Below, piece after piece: positions 1 through 11,838 of a stretch of 64,000 bases of DNA. The notes beneath the pieces were generated by a model. That model did no database searches and had not been told where the DNA came from. It saw nothing but the letters and a program-made list of their open reading frames with translations. Position 1 is the stretch's first letter; every line of letters starts with the position of its first letter. Source of the DNA: Selaginella moellendorffii (lineage: Eukaryota > Plantae > Lycopodiophyta); assembly GCF_000143415.4 (NCBI RefSeq), contig NW_003314311.1, positions 124,001 through 188,000 on the forward strand, written 5' to 3'. Position numbers and translations under genes: made by a program.

Positions 1-395
1 AAAATGTCTACAATGACAACACAGCACGTCTTCAGTCCATCATGAACCTAGTGCATCCTGGGAGAAACAAACACTTTAAGATGTTTCATTACTTTATCAA
101 GGAGCAGATTGAGAGAGAAGAAGTCAGGCTAAGATAAATCTCCACAATGATGATGGTTGCAGATCTGCTCACAAAGACTATGATTGAAGTCTAATAGTTT
201 GAATGACTACAATGACAACTCGGACTAGTCTCACAGGGGGAGTAGCAATCTGATTAAAAGACATCAGATTAAGGGGGAGTGTTGGAACCAAGGAGAGATC
301 AAGGCACAATCAAAGGAACTAAGATGTGTATATAAATCAAGAAGAGTTGTATCAATAAATGCCCCAGTACTTTTCCTTTACACCATTCCATCAAC
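1..395 (+). mobile_element. Ty1/copia 3' end relic (RNase H C-terminus, PPT, short 3' LTR)
   Basis: Degenerate translation NLVHPGRNKHF..FHYFIKEQIE...MVADLLTK matches the copia RH motif (NPVxHxRTKHI..RYHFIRE...ADxLTK). PPT AAGGGGGAG at 271-279 is followed by TGTTGG at 280. LTR end is approximate. Confidence 0.75.
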
Positions 396-2166
396 CTGTG
401 AAGTTGGAAGCTTGTGACTTATAGCAAGGTTAGAAGATGAAGTACCAAGTACGTACCAAAAAAATTGTTTACAAGCTTGTCTAGGAATTCCCTTACCACA
501 CTTACAAAGTATAAGATCTTACCACACTTATAGAGTATGAGATCTGGGTGTGTGCAAGCGACCAGATACATGAGGCTTTCCATAGGGGACGATGCCCATG
601 TCAAGCTTCTCATGATCGGTGGAAGGAGACATATCCTTAGAAACTTTCAAACCTACATGAAAATGAAAGCTGTGGTGCATGGAAAATTTCCAATGGATGT
701 CCTCCATATACTTGGCTTGGTGTAGGCAAATGGAGCCATCTCATTTTCTATCAAGTTGGATGCCAAGGTAGTAGTGTGTATTGTGACAGGAAAACTTTTC
801 AGCCAAAAATACAAAATTATCCCACCTTTTCTCTATGACCTAATATTTGAAGTCAAAGTAAAAAAAAAAAACAAGTGAAATAAAATCCTTTCATGACTAC
901 TCTTTCCTTTATATATTTTATATTCATCCTATTACCCATCCATCTTCATCTATCACAAACCTTATCTTCCACCACCTTTTTTAAAATGACTTGCTAGATA
1001 ACTCTTATATTTAAACATACTTACAAAGATTTCTGCCACCATTTAAAAAAATGTTTTTTGTATAACCTAAGTATTCAATAATGGTCATCTAAATTTGCTA
1101 CCTTTAATACACCAATATTTTATGATATTAATAAAAAAACATAAAATATGATCTAAGGACTATATAAGGAAGAGCTCCTTATGACATAAAGCATTAGAGC
1201 ATAGAGTGTAAAGTGATTCTAGTTTAAGTTTTCTCTTTTAGTTGTATAATGTTCTTTTCTTGAGTTTTAGTTCCTTGAAATTATAAAAATTAAGAGTTTA
1301 TGGAAATCCCTTTCCTCTCTCTTTCTCTCAAAGCATGTAAAGATGATGCACTACTAGCCACTAGCTTTAGATACAACAACCTTGTAACAGCGTGAAAAAA
1401 AGTTGAAAAATCAATGGGATATTTGTTGACTCCTTCACCAAAATATTTACTTTCAATTACATCACTACTTTGCAAAATCTTTCCAAAAAAGCATACAACA
1501 AGGATTTCCATAAGTGGATATTGCCCAGTGATCATGCAGAAAGCATCAATAGATCCTAGAGAGCATACAGTGAAGTACAATGTATCGATCATGAAGGAGA
1601 TCATCTGAAGTCTTGTTGTAGAGAAATGAAGTTTAGAGTTTTCTTTCCTCCCTTATCATTTTTTGTATGGTGAATGTAAAAGTGTTTTGAGTTTTTTTCT
1701 CTTTTTTTTTTTCTTGAAAATCATGAAAAATGAGTGGTCAAGTGGAGTTTGATCAAGGTGTTATTTTAATCTGTTGTCCCCCACTAAATCAAAACTTGTG
1801 ATTAAGTTTCTTTCATCTTTCCAAGGACTTACAAGTGAGAGTTCTTTGCTCAATCTTTAAAAAGCCTCACTTCTTTATTGAGAGTAAGAAAGTCTTTGTT
1901 TTAGAATTATCTTAATTCCAACTTTATCAAAGACTTTATGAGACAGCCTTTACTCTTTCAAGAGTCTTTGAATAAAAAAGGAGTGATTGAGAAAGTCCTC
2001 TTAAATATTTCTAGGGTGAATTGGTGGGATGAAACTTAGTTTTTGGACTTTGTTTATGAGTGGATGCCATATGAGTAGTGAGGATTAGAGTCTTATGCTT
2101 GTGAAGAAGATATATAAAATAGTGATAGGCTAATAAATATCTTTATTGAAGATGTAGACTAGGCAT

Positions 2167-2955
2167 ATGAGTAATAATGATGAGAGATTTTGGAATAAAT
2201 TCTTTCTATTGCCTTTACCTATTCAAAATCATATATTGAAGTCTTATTTTCAAGTTCTTCATCACTTTACACTTGATAATTCAATTACTATTATTCAAGA
2301 TTGGGGATGTAGAGAATTTGACTTTGAAATTCTTTTAGCCATTGCTAGCATTCTTATAAAACGTTGTGAAGTGAGAAAAGCTTTGCTACAAATCTGGCAT
2401 CCTTTTAACAAAGTCACATTTGAGGATGCATGCTGCTACAATAATGACTTACCTTATAGTCTCCTGATAAATTCATCCTTTCCTTTGGGACTCTTACAAT
2501 CTATGGGCAATTTTAAAATCCTTATTTTATATAACTGATGAAAGGCTTGATTGTAATTGTTAATATGGCAAATGAACTTTGATAAAGCATTTAAGTTGAA
2601 GAAGAAAGTAGCTAGCATTATAATTGTTATCATTGATCTAAAAGGCAACAAAACACACATTAGAAAAGTTACTACAAATACCCACACTTGCAACTAAGTT
2701 GAGCATGTGGCTATGATTCAAGGATTAAAGGAAGCAAAAGCATTAGGAGTTAAAGATATGGTTGTTGTAAGAGATTTCAAATGAATTATAAATCAAATGA
2801 ATGAAAGTTGGAAGATCAAGAATCAAGGCTTAATGCTTCTATCAAAAAATATTCAGGAATAAAAGTAAGAGTTATATTTTTTTAAGATCAAACACAGCAT
2901 AAGGGGCAACTTTGAAGCAAATTCATTAGCTCAAGTTAATAGTGGGAAGTTATAG
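2167..2955 (+). pseudogene. Degenerate ORF ending in an archaeal-type RNase HI (aRH) domain
   Basis: In the frame of ORF 2167, from 2566: WQMNFDKA...TCN*VEHVAMIQGLKEAKALGVKDMVVVRDFK*IINQMNESWKIKN...HSIRGNFEANSLA. This matches aRH motifs (FDG, TNNxAEY, GDSxLVIxQ, NxxADxLA), with internal stops. Confidence 0.7.
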
Positions 2956-3007
2956 TAATTTAGAGTTTATTATAAAATGTTTATAAAAATATTTTAGAGT
3001 AGAGAAG

Positions 3008-5480
3008 ATGGCAAAGATCCTAGTTTTTATGGATCTCAAAGTGAGGATGCTGATAGATATTTTAGATCTTTTAAGAGAGCTTGCCTCTCAAATGAAAATC
3101 AAACACTTGCAACATGGTTGGAGTTATTTCTAGCATTTATGGAAGATACAAGAATGAAGTGGTATAATAGGCAAAACAAGGATGTACAAGTAAATTAAGA
3201 TGTATTAACACAAACTTTCTTGATGGAGTATGGAAAACTAGAAAGTTTTGATGACTTGATGAAGCAGTTAGACCAATTAAAACAGTATAAAAATGAGAGT
3301 GTGAAATCATATGGTGAACGTGGAAAAGAATTACAAGGCAAACTATAGAGTAACTTTGGAGTCATGAGAACCTTAAGTGATGGAGAAGAGGAGGATACTC
3401 CTAAGGAGGACTTAAAGTCACTATTGTGATAAATACTTTAGTTCTTATAAAGTTTATAAATGGTTTTAAGATGATATTACAGTAGAAGGTCAAGAGAAAA
3501 GGTCTAAAGAATCTTCAAGAAGCCTTAAAGATTGCTACCAAAAACAAGGAGCTATTGAAAGAGTCTCAAAAGGCTCAAGATCATAATATGGCAGCTTTAT
3601 CCTCTGCCCAAAAAAAGGAAGTAACTCTTACATTAGTAGCAAAACACTTGCAATCAATATTAAAGGAGAACTTGGCAAAGTTAACTATAGATTTTGGTGA
3701 GTTAAAGTTGCATTTGCTTCACAGAAGGCCACTATAAACTCCTTAATAGTAGCCACTTTACAATGGTCAACAACTAAAAGATCATGCACAAANNNNNNNN
3801 NNNNNNNNNNNNNNNNNNNNNNNNNNNNNNNNNNNNNNNNNNNNNNNNNNNNNNNNNNNNNNNNNNNNNNNNNNNNNNNNNNNNNNNNNNNNCCCAAATT
3901 GCCTGCAAAATTAGTAGAGATCTTGATAATAACAAAATGCTCAAAAAGGAGTCAACATGATTAAGGTGCCTAAGGAGCCAAAAGTGAATCTAAAAGAAGC
4001 TTCAAGTGATAATAGCAAAGATTTTTATTTTGAAGATCAAGATGTGCTTGTTGTAAATAGGCCTTAAAGGGAGTAATTATAATCGAATCCAACAAAAGCC
4101 TGCTTTACTAAGAAAAGAAAAGGATAGAGTGATACGCCCTCATCAAAAGGTTGGAATTCAGGATATGAAGATTAATAAAGGCCAAAAGGAGTCATCATAA
4201 ATGATTTAAATGAATTTTGTGCAAACATCACTATGTCTCAACTCCTCTCCAAATGCCCAAGATTGCAAAGAGAGCTTATCAAGGAATCAGTACAAGAGTG
4301 AGAGAGAAAGGCAATAGATAGACGGGCACATGGAGTGCAAACTCTTATTATTGAGGTTGACATGGATGCTCCAATAGTGGAAGCTATTCTTGAAGGGATT
4401 TTAGTACAAAGGATTCTAGTGGATGGTGGTGCAGCCATATGGGTCATAAGTGACTGGTTGATAGAGAAACTTAGATTGAAATGTACTCAACCCTTGAGGT
4501 GGAAGATCAGGGTAGCAAGTGATCATTGGGTGAACACTAATCTTCCCATAATAGTTTATGGGATATCCACCATAGTTGACATGTATGTTATTCACCTAAA
4601 GAGTAGTGGCGGTTATCCTATGATTGTGCCAATAATGATTGGGAGGTAGGTGAAATAATCATATGAGATAAGAAGAAGTAGTTGTGCAATAGAATCTTAC
4701 AAAGATGCTGGAAGAATCTCTCATGAGCAATGAAGATACCTATAATTCATGGAGTGGTGACTATGAATTAGATTCAGAAAGAGATATCAAGGTGAATGAT
4801 TTATATGCACTGCAAGTTATGCTAAAGATTGCTAAATAGATAGAACCTCAAGCTAGCATTGAGAAAGGAAATAACTTTTCACAAGAAAATGTGGACAACC
4901 ACAACTCCCCAAAGCTTTTCATAAAATCCTATGAGGAACTACAACAAGTGGATATAGTGAAACATAATATTCTAATCAAGCAAGGAGCAAAATTAATAGC
5001 TCAAAGCCATATAAGTTGGGACCTCTAAAGTTTGATATTTTCTATGTTGAGTTGATAAAGTTGATCAAAGTTGACTTTATATTTGAAGTGGAGAATTCAA
5101 ATTGGGTGTCATCTGTTGTAGTAACACCAAAGAAAATAGGGAAATAGAAAATGTGCATCAACTATAAAAAATTGAATGATGTTACATGAGGTGGCCATCA
5201 TCCCATTCCATTCATGGACAAGATCCTTAATGAAGTAGCAAGGCATGAATGGTATACTTTTTTTGATGGATACTTCGGATAAGTTTGAATCAAAGAGGAG
5301 GATCAATTGAAAACAATATTCACCATTCCTTGGGGAACTTTTTCATATAGAGTGATGCCATTTTAGCTCACAAATGCACTAGCAACATCTTTGAGCTGTA
5401 CCTTGGCAAATTTATCATAGTGTACCTTGGCAACTTTTGCATATACAATAATTGAGCAACTCATTTGGAAAAGGTACAAA
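3008..5480 (+). mobile_element. Degenerate Ty3/gypsy gag-protease-RT relic
   Basis: Retrotransposon gag-like MAKILVFYGSQSEDADRYFRSFKRAC... from 3008; protease ILVDGGAA in ORF 4335-4649; RT remnants WVSSVVVTPKK, CINYKKLN and TPWGTF-like/YRVMPF at ~5100-5400. Many stops and frameshifts. Confidence 0.75.
3793..3892. other. Assembly gap (100 N)
   Basis: Run of exactly 100 N. Confidence 0.99.
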
Positions 5481-5524
5481 TGATATTTGATTTCTTTTCC
5501 TAAAAATCATTAAGGATAACACAT

Positions 5525-6116
5525 TGTTGGAGATCCAAGTTGTTCAATGCAATATAATTGCTTTCTTCAACATGGATTGGACTACATCAACACTTGACTT
5601 CTCTGACATCACTATACAAGTCTAGAGGTCCCTTGGCTTCAACAAATCTAGGGTTTCTCTTACTAAAGTCTTTAGTTTAATTATATCGTTTCCCACTGTG
5701 TTTTCCTTGTGTCTTTGAAATTTAAACTCCTCTCTCATTTTTTACTTTCATCCTCTTTCCTTTTGACTTTTATTTTTAGCTTTCTTCCTCTTGTTTTCTT
5801 CACTATCACTTTTTGTTTCAGTAGTTACCCTCTTTGAACACTACATTCTAGCACATGAGAGCATCTTAGTTATGGGTTTTATATTGGAGTCTTGTGCATC
5901 CCACTAGTGGTTACTTATTGTGGTGTTCTGTCATTATTGCCTCATTGTTGCATTCATGGCTTAGATTATAGCTTGAGAGAGCATAAATATTATTTTGAAT
6001 TCCTAAAATATTCCTTCATCTTTGTATATTAGCTTGCCAAAGGCTTAAGTATAAGGTTCCACCCCATTTTCTCTTGCACTTGAGCTTGGAGTTGTGAGCC
6101 TGTGTGTGCCCCAACA
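5525..6116. repeat. Candidate LTR relic
   Basis: Bounded by the inverted termini TGTTGG...CCAACA. No TSD or partner found. Confidence 0.3.
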
Positions 6117-6907
6117 TTTTAAGTCATTCATTAGAGTTTTGTTTTGGTTTACAATCACGATTTCAAAATATCGGCTAGAAGGGCTAGGTTTTACTGTTAG
6201 GTGCTTTAATGAATTTTATATCTATATATTTGTGTGTGTTATACACACATATATATTTGAAAATAAGGGGTATTTAAAATCAAAATATAAACTTTAAATT
6301 ACATTTGAAATTATTAATTATAACATATTGTTTCAGTTGACCACATTTGTATAGAAGGTTTTCCATCTTGATATAAAATTAAATCACAATTTAATTGTAG
6401 AATAAGAATTGATGGTTTCACACAATTAGATTCTTTACAATAAGTTCCAGTTGCATACAGCGATTGTAAATCAAATGCTGAATAAAGTACAAGATTTCCA
6501 TCTTCCTGTAATCTTAATTTACAATCAAAACTAACTCCATAAGTTTTAGTAGCCCATATAAAGCTGTATTTACATAATAAAAAAACAGTATTACAATCGT
6601 GCTATACTAACAATATATATACTTTATAAAAATGTGTTAAAAATTGACCAGGATCAAGTGTGGCTATATATAAACCTTTATATCCACTAAATAATCTATT
6701 CTTTAGGAAATTGCAAAATTTATATGGCATTAAATGTGCATGAATATTATAAAGAGGTGTTGTTCTAGAAATATAACCTTCTATTTGATATAAAACTAAA
6801 AACATACCAATATCATGTTGCACAATAATACTTATTAAATGTGATGCTCTAGCATTTCGAAAAGATAAATAAACTTCTCTACCAACTCTTAATAATAAAT
6901 TTCTAGT

Positions 6908-7082
6908 TGTGAGGGCCAAGTGTACGGCTACAATGCCGTATACTAATATTAGCGTAGTGGGATTTTGGTAGCCGTCGGATTGGTTTCAGTCCGGACCACT
7001 CGCTCTTGTATTTAAGCTAGGGTTTTTGGGTTAATTGATATGCACATTTCTGTATTCCCTTTCCATATTCCATGCACTCACA
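6908..7082 (+). repeat. 5' LTR
   Basis: Direct repeat of 11664-11838 with 7 differences in 175 bp, all transitions. Confidence 0.97.
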
Positions 7083-7237
7083 TTGGTGGAGGTGAGGGGC
7101 ACCTTTGATTGTCCCTGGGGAGTGCTTAGATTTGGGATTTCGGTTTAGATCTAGCTTTTGCATCGTCTAGATCTACCATTTCTTTCCAGTTTTTTTGTCA
7201 TTTCTCTTCTTTTGCTCTTTCTTTTTCATTCATCTTC

Positions 7238-7966
7238 ATGGCCGATCCGCAATCTCCTCCTTTGACTCTAGAGCAGCAGTTGGTTCAATTGCTTGATGCT
7301 ATGCGCTTGCAATTGAACAACCAAACTCAGTTGATGGCGGCATTCACGGCACATGGTACAACTCTTCTTGTTCTTGGTGCCAATCCTCGCATTCAGCCGG
7401 AGTTCTTTCGCAGGAATCCTGGGGATGATATGTACCATTGGTTCAATCACTTTACGGTGATTGCCACATATCATTCTTGGGATGATGCTCGACGGTTGCG
7501 TGAGTTTCCCACGTGTCTCCAAGGGACGGCGCTGCAGTGGTACAATGGTTTGAGCGCAGCTACTCGTGGGGATTGGAGTGTTCTCCCGGACGTCTTCAAA
7601 CGCGCCTTCGGACATGCCAATGATTGTGATGATGCTTTCCAACAATTGCATCGTCTTCGCCAAGGGCCGTTTGAGTCGGTGATGCAATTTGGTGTTCGTT
7701 TCCAAAGTTTTTTGCTTCGTGCGGAGCCAAATATGTCGGAGCGGATCAAGCTAGGAATGTTGTGGCCAGCACTTCGTCAAGATCTTGTCAGACTTGTGCA
7801 TGCACTTGCTCTTGCCACCCTTGACGATGCTTTTCGCTCACAACATTATGAGACATCGCCTCTTCCACTTCTCGCTACACGTTCTTCCGCTCCACTTCAT
7901 ATGGGTGATGGTCCTGTTCCAATGGAGGTTGATGCTGTTGCTGCTCGAGTCCAAGGACAAGCGTGA
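7238..7966 (+). CDS. gag: Gag (retrotransposon gag domain), probably prematurely stopped
   Basis: LQGTALQWY, LRQGPFESV and PVPMEVD motifs. Confidence 0.85.
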   Translation: MADPQSPPLTLEQQLVQLLDAMRLQLNNQTQLMAAFTAHGTTLLVLGANPRIQPEFFRRNPGDDMYHWFNHFTVIATYHSWDDARRLREFPTCLQGTALQWYNGLSAATRGDWSVLPDVFKRAFGHANDCDDAFQQLHRLRQGPFESVMQFGVRFQSFLLRAEPNMSERIKLGMLWPALRQDLVRLVHALALATLDDAFRSQHYETSPLPLLATRSSAPLHMGDGPVPMEVDAVAARVQGQA

Positions 7967-8157
7967 GGACGTGGTCGTGGCCGTGATGTTCGCTGCTAGG
8001 TGTGTGATGAAGTTGGTCATACTTATCGGCGTTGCCGTCGTTTTCCGGATTGGCGACCTCCATTTCCTGGGTGGAGACCTTGGCGTCAGCAACGTCCCCT
8101 GGGTGCTGCTGCAGTGGAAGGTCTGGACACTGACATGCATCCGGGAAACGAGGAGTC

Positions 8158-11100
8158 GTGCGAGTAACGGAAGGACCTTGCACGAATAAATCAGTGACCC
8201 CTCTATCTTTCTTTCGAGAGTATCATCAAGGGGTTCACTCGGCACCAGTTCATCCGGTGTTTACTTTCCAAGCTCGTTTTTATAACAAGAGGTCTCCTAT
8301 TATTCTCTCCATGTTGGTTGATACAGGTTCGAGTTTATCTTCTATTGCTCGACCTGTTGCCACACATTGCTGTCTACACTTGCATTGTGCAGCGAAACTA
8401 GTTTTCATTCTTTATGGCAACGGCCATACACATGCATGTGCATGGGATGAGGTGGACCTGGTTGTGCGTGTGGGCGATCTTAAACTTGAGTTGCAGTCGT
8501 TGCGGGTGGTGCCGAGTCAAGCTTTTGACCTCATTCTTGGTATGGATTGGTTGTAGTGCAATCATGCCAAGTGTGACTTTGAGGCTTCTCCCCCCTATCT
8601 CATACTTCCTTATGTTTCATCCATTCCTCTCACTTCCATACCTCTTCGTCCCTCTACTTCTACCTCTGCTTCCATTACTTTTGTTTCCCCACTCTTTCCT
8701 TCTGTGTTTCCATCTTGTTCTGCTTTTCCCTTTTTCGATCCCTCCGACGATCTTTGTGTTGCAGCAGTTGACCGGCTCATGAAGGAGTATTCTGATCTCT
8801 TTGAATTTGACCTATCGTCTGGGGCCAAGATTGCCACATGTCATCCGATTCCAACCGGGAATGCTCGTCCAATCAAGGTTTCTGTTTGTCGTCGGTTACC
8901 TAAGGAGATCAAGATTTTATGAGCAAACGTCAAGGAAATGCTGGAAAAGGGTGTTATTCGGAAGTCGCGGAGTCCTTGGGCATGTGAACCTCATCTTGTG
9001 ACGAAGCTTGATGGGAGTATTCGTTTCTGCATCGACTATCATCCGTTAAACGAAGTGACAATCCCAGATGTGTATCCTCTTCCTCACACTACTAATCTCT
9101 TGGATCATCTGGGGCGAAGTCGTTGGTTCACCAAGCTAGATCTTGCTTCTGGGTATTGGCAAGTACCGATGGCCGAAGAAGATATTCCTAAGACTGCTTT
9201 TCGTACACCATTTGGTTTGTACGAGTTCTTGGTGATGCCATTTGGTTTGAACAATGCTCCAGCAACTTTCCAGCGGATGATGGATGAGGTTCTTTGCGAT
9301 ATGCCGGAGGTGACTGCTGACTTCATTGATGATGTCTTGATCCACTCGGAGGGGACGTGGGAGGAGCACGTTTGTGATGTTTGTAAAGTGTTGGATTGAC
9401 TACGCGACGTTGGTTTAAAGCTGAAGCGGTCGAAGTGCGTGTTTGGGTCCAAGGACACAACTTATCTTGGGTACCGTATTTCTCGTGAGGGTTTGCAAGT
9501 TGATCCTGACAAACTTGTGGCTGTTCTAAAGTTCCCTACTCCGAAGTGTGTGAATGATGTGCAGCGCTTTTTGGGTAAGGTGCAGTATCTCGGTCGTTTT
9601 GTGGATCATCTTTCCCATCGCACTACACCATTGCGAGCGTTGTTGAAGTCATCAACGTCATCTTTCATTTGGTCTCCGGATTGTGAGCGGGCGTTCGTGG
9701 ATCTCAAAGTGCTATTGACAACTCCTCCGGTTTTGGCATATCCTGACTACACTCAACCTTTTATTTTGCGTGTGGATGCTTCTGACATTGGTCTTGGAGG
9801 TGTGTTAATGCAAGAGAGCTCGAGTGTGCCTGGTCAGCACCATCCCATTGCATACATAAGCCATACATTACAACCAGCGGAGATGAACTACTCCACAACG
9901 GAAAAGGAGTGTTTAGCAGCAGTCTGGGGTTTCGAGAAGCTTCATGCATATCTACATGGTTCTCGGACGTTACTTGAAGGTGACCATGCTGCTGTTACTT
10001 CATTATTGAAGTGGAAGAACTTGGTTGGTCGTACGGCTCGATAGGCTTTGAAGCTTTAGATATATGATTTCGATGTTGTTTATCACCCAGGGAGTTCTAT
10101 GGCTGATGCTGATGCCGTTTCTCGAGCTCCTCTTCCTTCTCCACTCACTTCTCATCATTCTGACGAACCTGTTGTTCCAGCATCTGTGGATTTTCTAGAT
10201 GAGGATTCTGTGCCGTCGGCGGTTGCTGTCCTTGACGTTCAATGTCCACAGGGTGCAGAGCAAGATCTACCTTCTCTTGATGAGGTTTGCGAGGCTTAAA
10301 AGATTGAGCCGTGGATTCGAAGGCTTCAAGATGGGTTTGAGAATCCTGCATCACTTGCTGATGATTTGCCTTTCCGGCATTTACATTCTCAATATCGCTT
10401 TGAAGATGGCCTTCTTTATTTTGTGGGGACGGATCCTGATGATCATTTACGGCTGGTGGTGCCTTCGGTGTTTATTCCGCGGTTTCTCCATGCCTACCAT
10501 GATTCTCCTATTCTAGGTGGGCATATGGGACACCGTCGTGTCACCGAGAAGCTGCGCAGGTCTTTCTATTGGCTGGAGATGTGACGTGATATTATCCGGT
10601 ATGTGCGTAGCTGCGTTTGGTGCCAAGCTCGTAATACTCCCCCTTGTGCTACGGAGGGACGGTTGGAGTCAATTGCAGTTTCTCGTCCGTTTGAGTTGGT
10701 GGCGTTTGATCTTATGGGACCTTTTCCACGATCGACTGCTGGCAATGAGTATGTTATTATTGTTTCTGACTACTTGACTCGTTGGGTGGAAGTTGGTGCT
10801 CCTGCTAGCACCTCTGTAATTGCTGTTGGATACTTCCTCCTCAATCGAGTGGTGTTCCAGCATTTTTGTCCAGAGCGGATTCTTTCGGATAATAGTCCTG
10901 CATTTATGGCTGAGGTATTTCATGTTTTGACATCTCGGTTGGGGATATGCCACACTTTTACGAGTGCTTATCATCCACAATTAGACGGTCTGGTGGAATG
11001 GCTCGTTCGGACATTCAAAGGGATGATTGCGAAGTATGTGAACTTTCAGCATTCGGATTGGGATGGTTATTTGCTGTCTCTTCGGTATGCCTATGTCACA

Positions 11101-11547
11101 AGGGTGCAGAGTTCTATTGGTGCTTCACCATATAAACTTTTATATGGTCATGATCCAATATTACCAACAGAGCTGGGTTTACCTTCGCGATTGCCACGAG
11201 CTCCTGATGCTAGGTCATGGGATCAATATTTGACAAGCATTCTTCCACTTGTCCGAGCAGAGTCTGCCGAACACTTAGGCCATATACAAGTGGGACAACA
11301 ACGGCGCTACAACTCCCATCATTGTCTACCTGCGGAGTACAAAGTGGATGATTTGGTGTTAGTCCATTTTCCCCATCTTACGGTACGTGGTTTATCTAAG
11401 GGGCTCCTTGCGCAGTGGAAAGGACCGTATCGGGTGTTGCGGCAAGTTGGACCACAAGTTTATGAGGTTCGGCATGACGTTCAGCAGGCCAATCCTCCGG
11501 AGATTGTGCATGTGCAGCGGTTAAAACGCTTCATACAAAGGGATTAG
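8158..11547 (+). pseudogene. pol: Pol (protease, RT, RNase H, integrase with GPY motif) with in-frame stops
   Basis: LVDTGS; RFCIDY, DLASGYWQ, FIDDVLI; DASDIGLGGVL; HMGH..C..C; DLMGP, SDN, WKGPY. No chromodomain after INT. Confidence 0.92.
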
Positions 11548-11663
11548 GAACAGTTAATACCATCTACAGATCCGCGGATGCCTCCTCTTGACGTTCCTCC
11601 AGATCCCGGCCCATCTACAAGAGAATCCTAATGGCCTTCCATTATTCCGAGAGGAGGGGATGA

Positions 11664-11838
11664 TGTGAGGGCCAAGTGTACGGCTACGATGCCGTATACT
11701 AATATTAGCGTAGTGGGATTTTGGTAGCCATCGGATTGGTTTCAATCCGGACCACTCGCTTCTGTATTTAAGCTAGGGTTTTTGGGCTAATTGATATGCA
11801 CATTTTTGTATTCCCTTTCCATATTCCATGCACTCACA
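11664..11838 (+). repeat. 3' LTR
   Basis: Follows the PPT; followed by TSD TAGT. Confidence 0.97.

Larger units (their letters stand above)
6908..11838 (+). mobile_element. Full-length Ty3/gypsy LTR retrotransposon (non-chromovirus type)
   Basis: 175-bp LTRs TG...CA at 6908-7082 and 11664-11838; TSD TAGT (6904-6907 and 11839-11842); PBS TGGTGGAGGTG (tRNA-Ala-like); PPT GAGAGGAGGGGA at 11649-11660; order gag-PR-RT-RH-INT. Confidence 0.97.

Noticed and set aside
3685-3897. ORF with X residues
   Set aside because: Artefact of the N gap.
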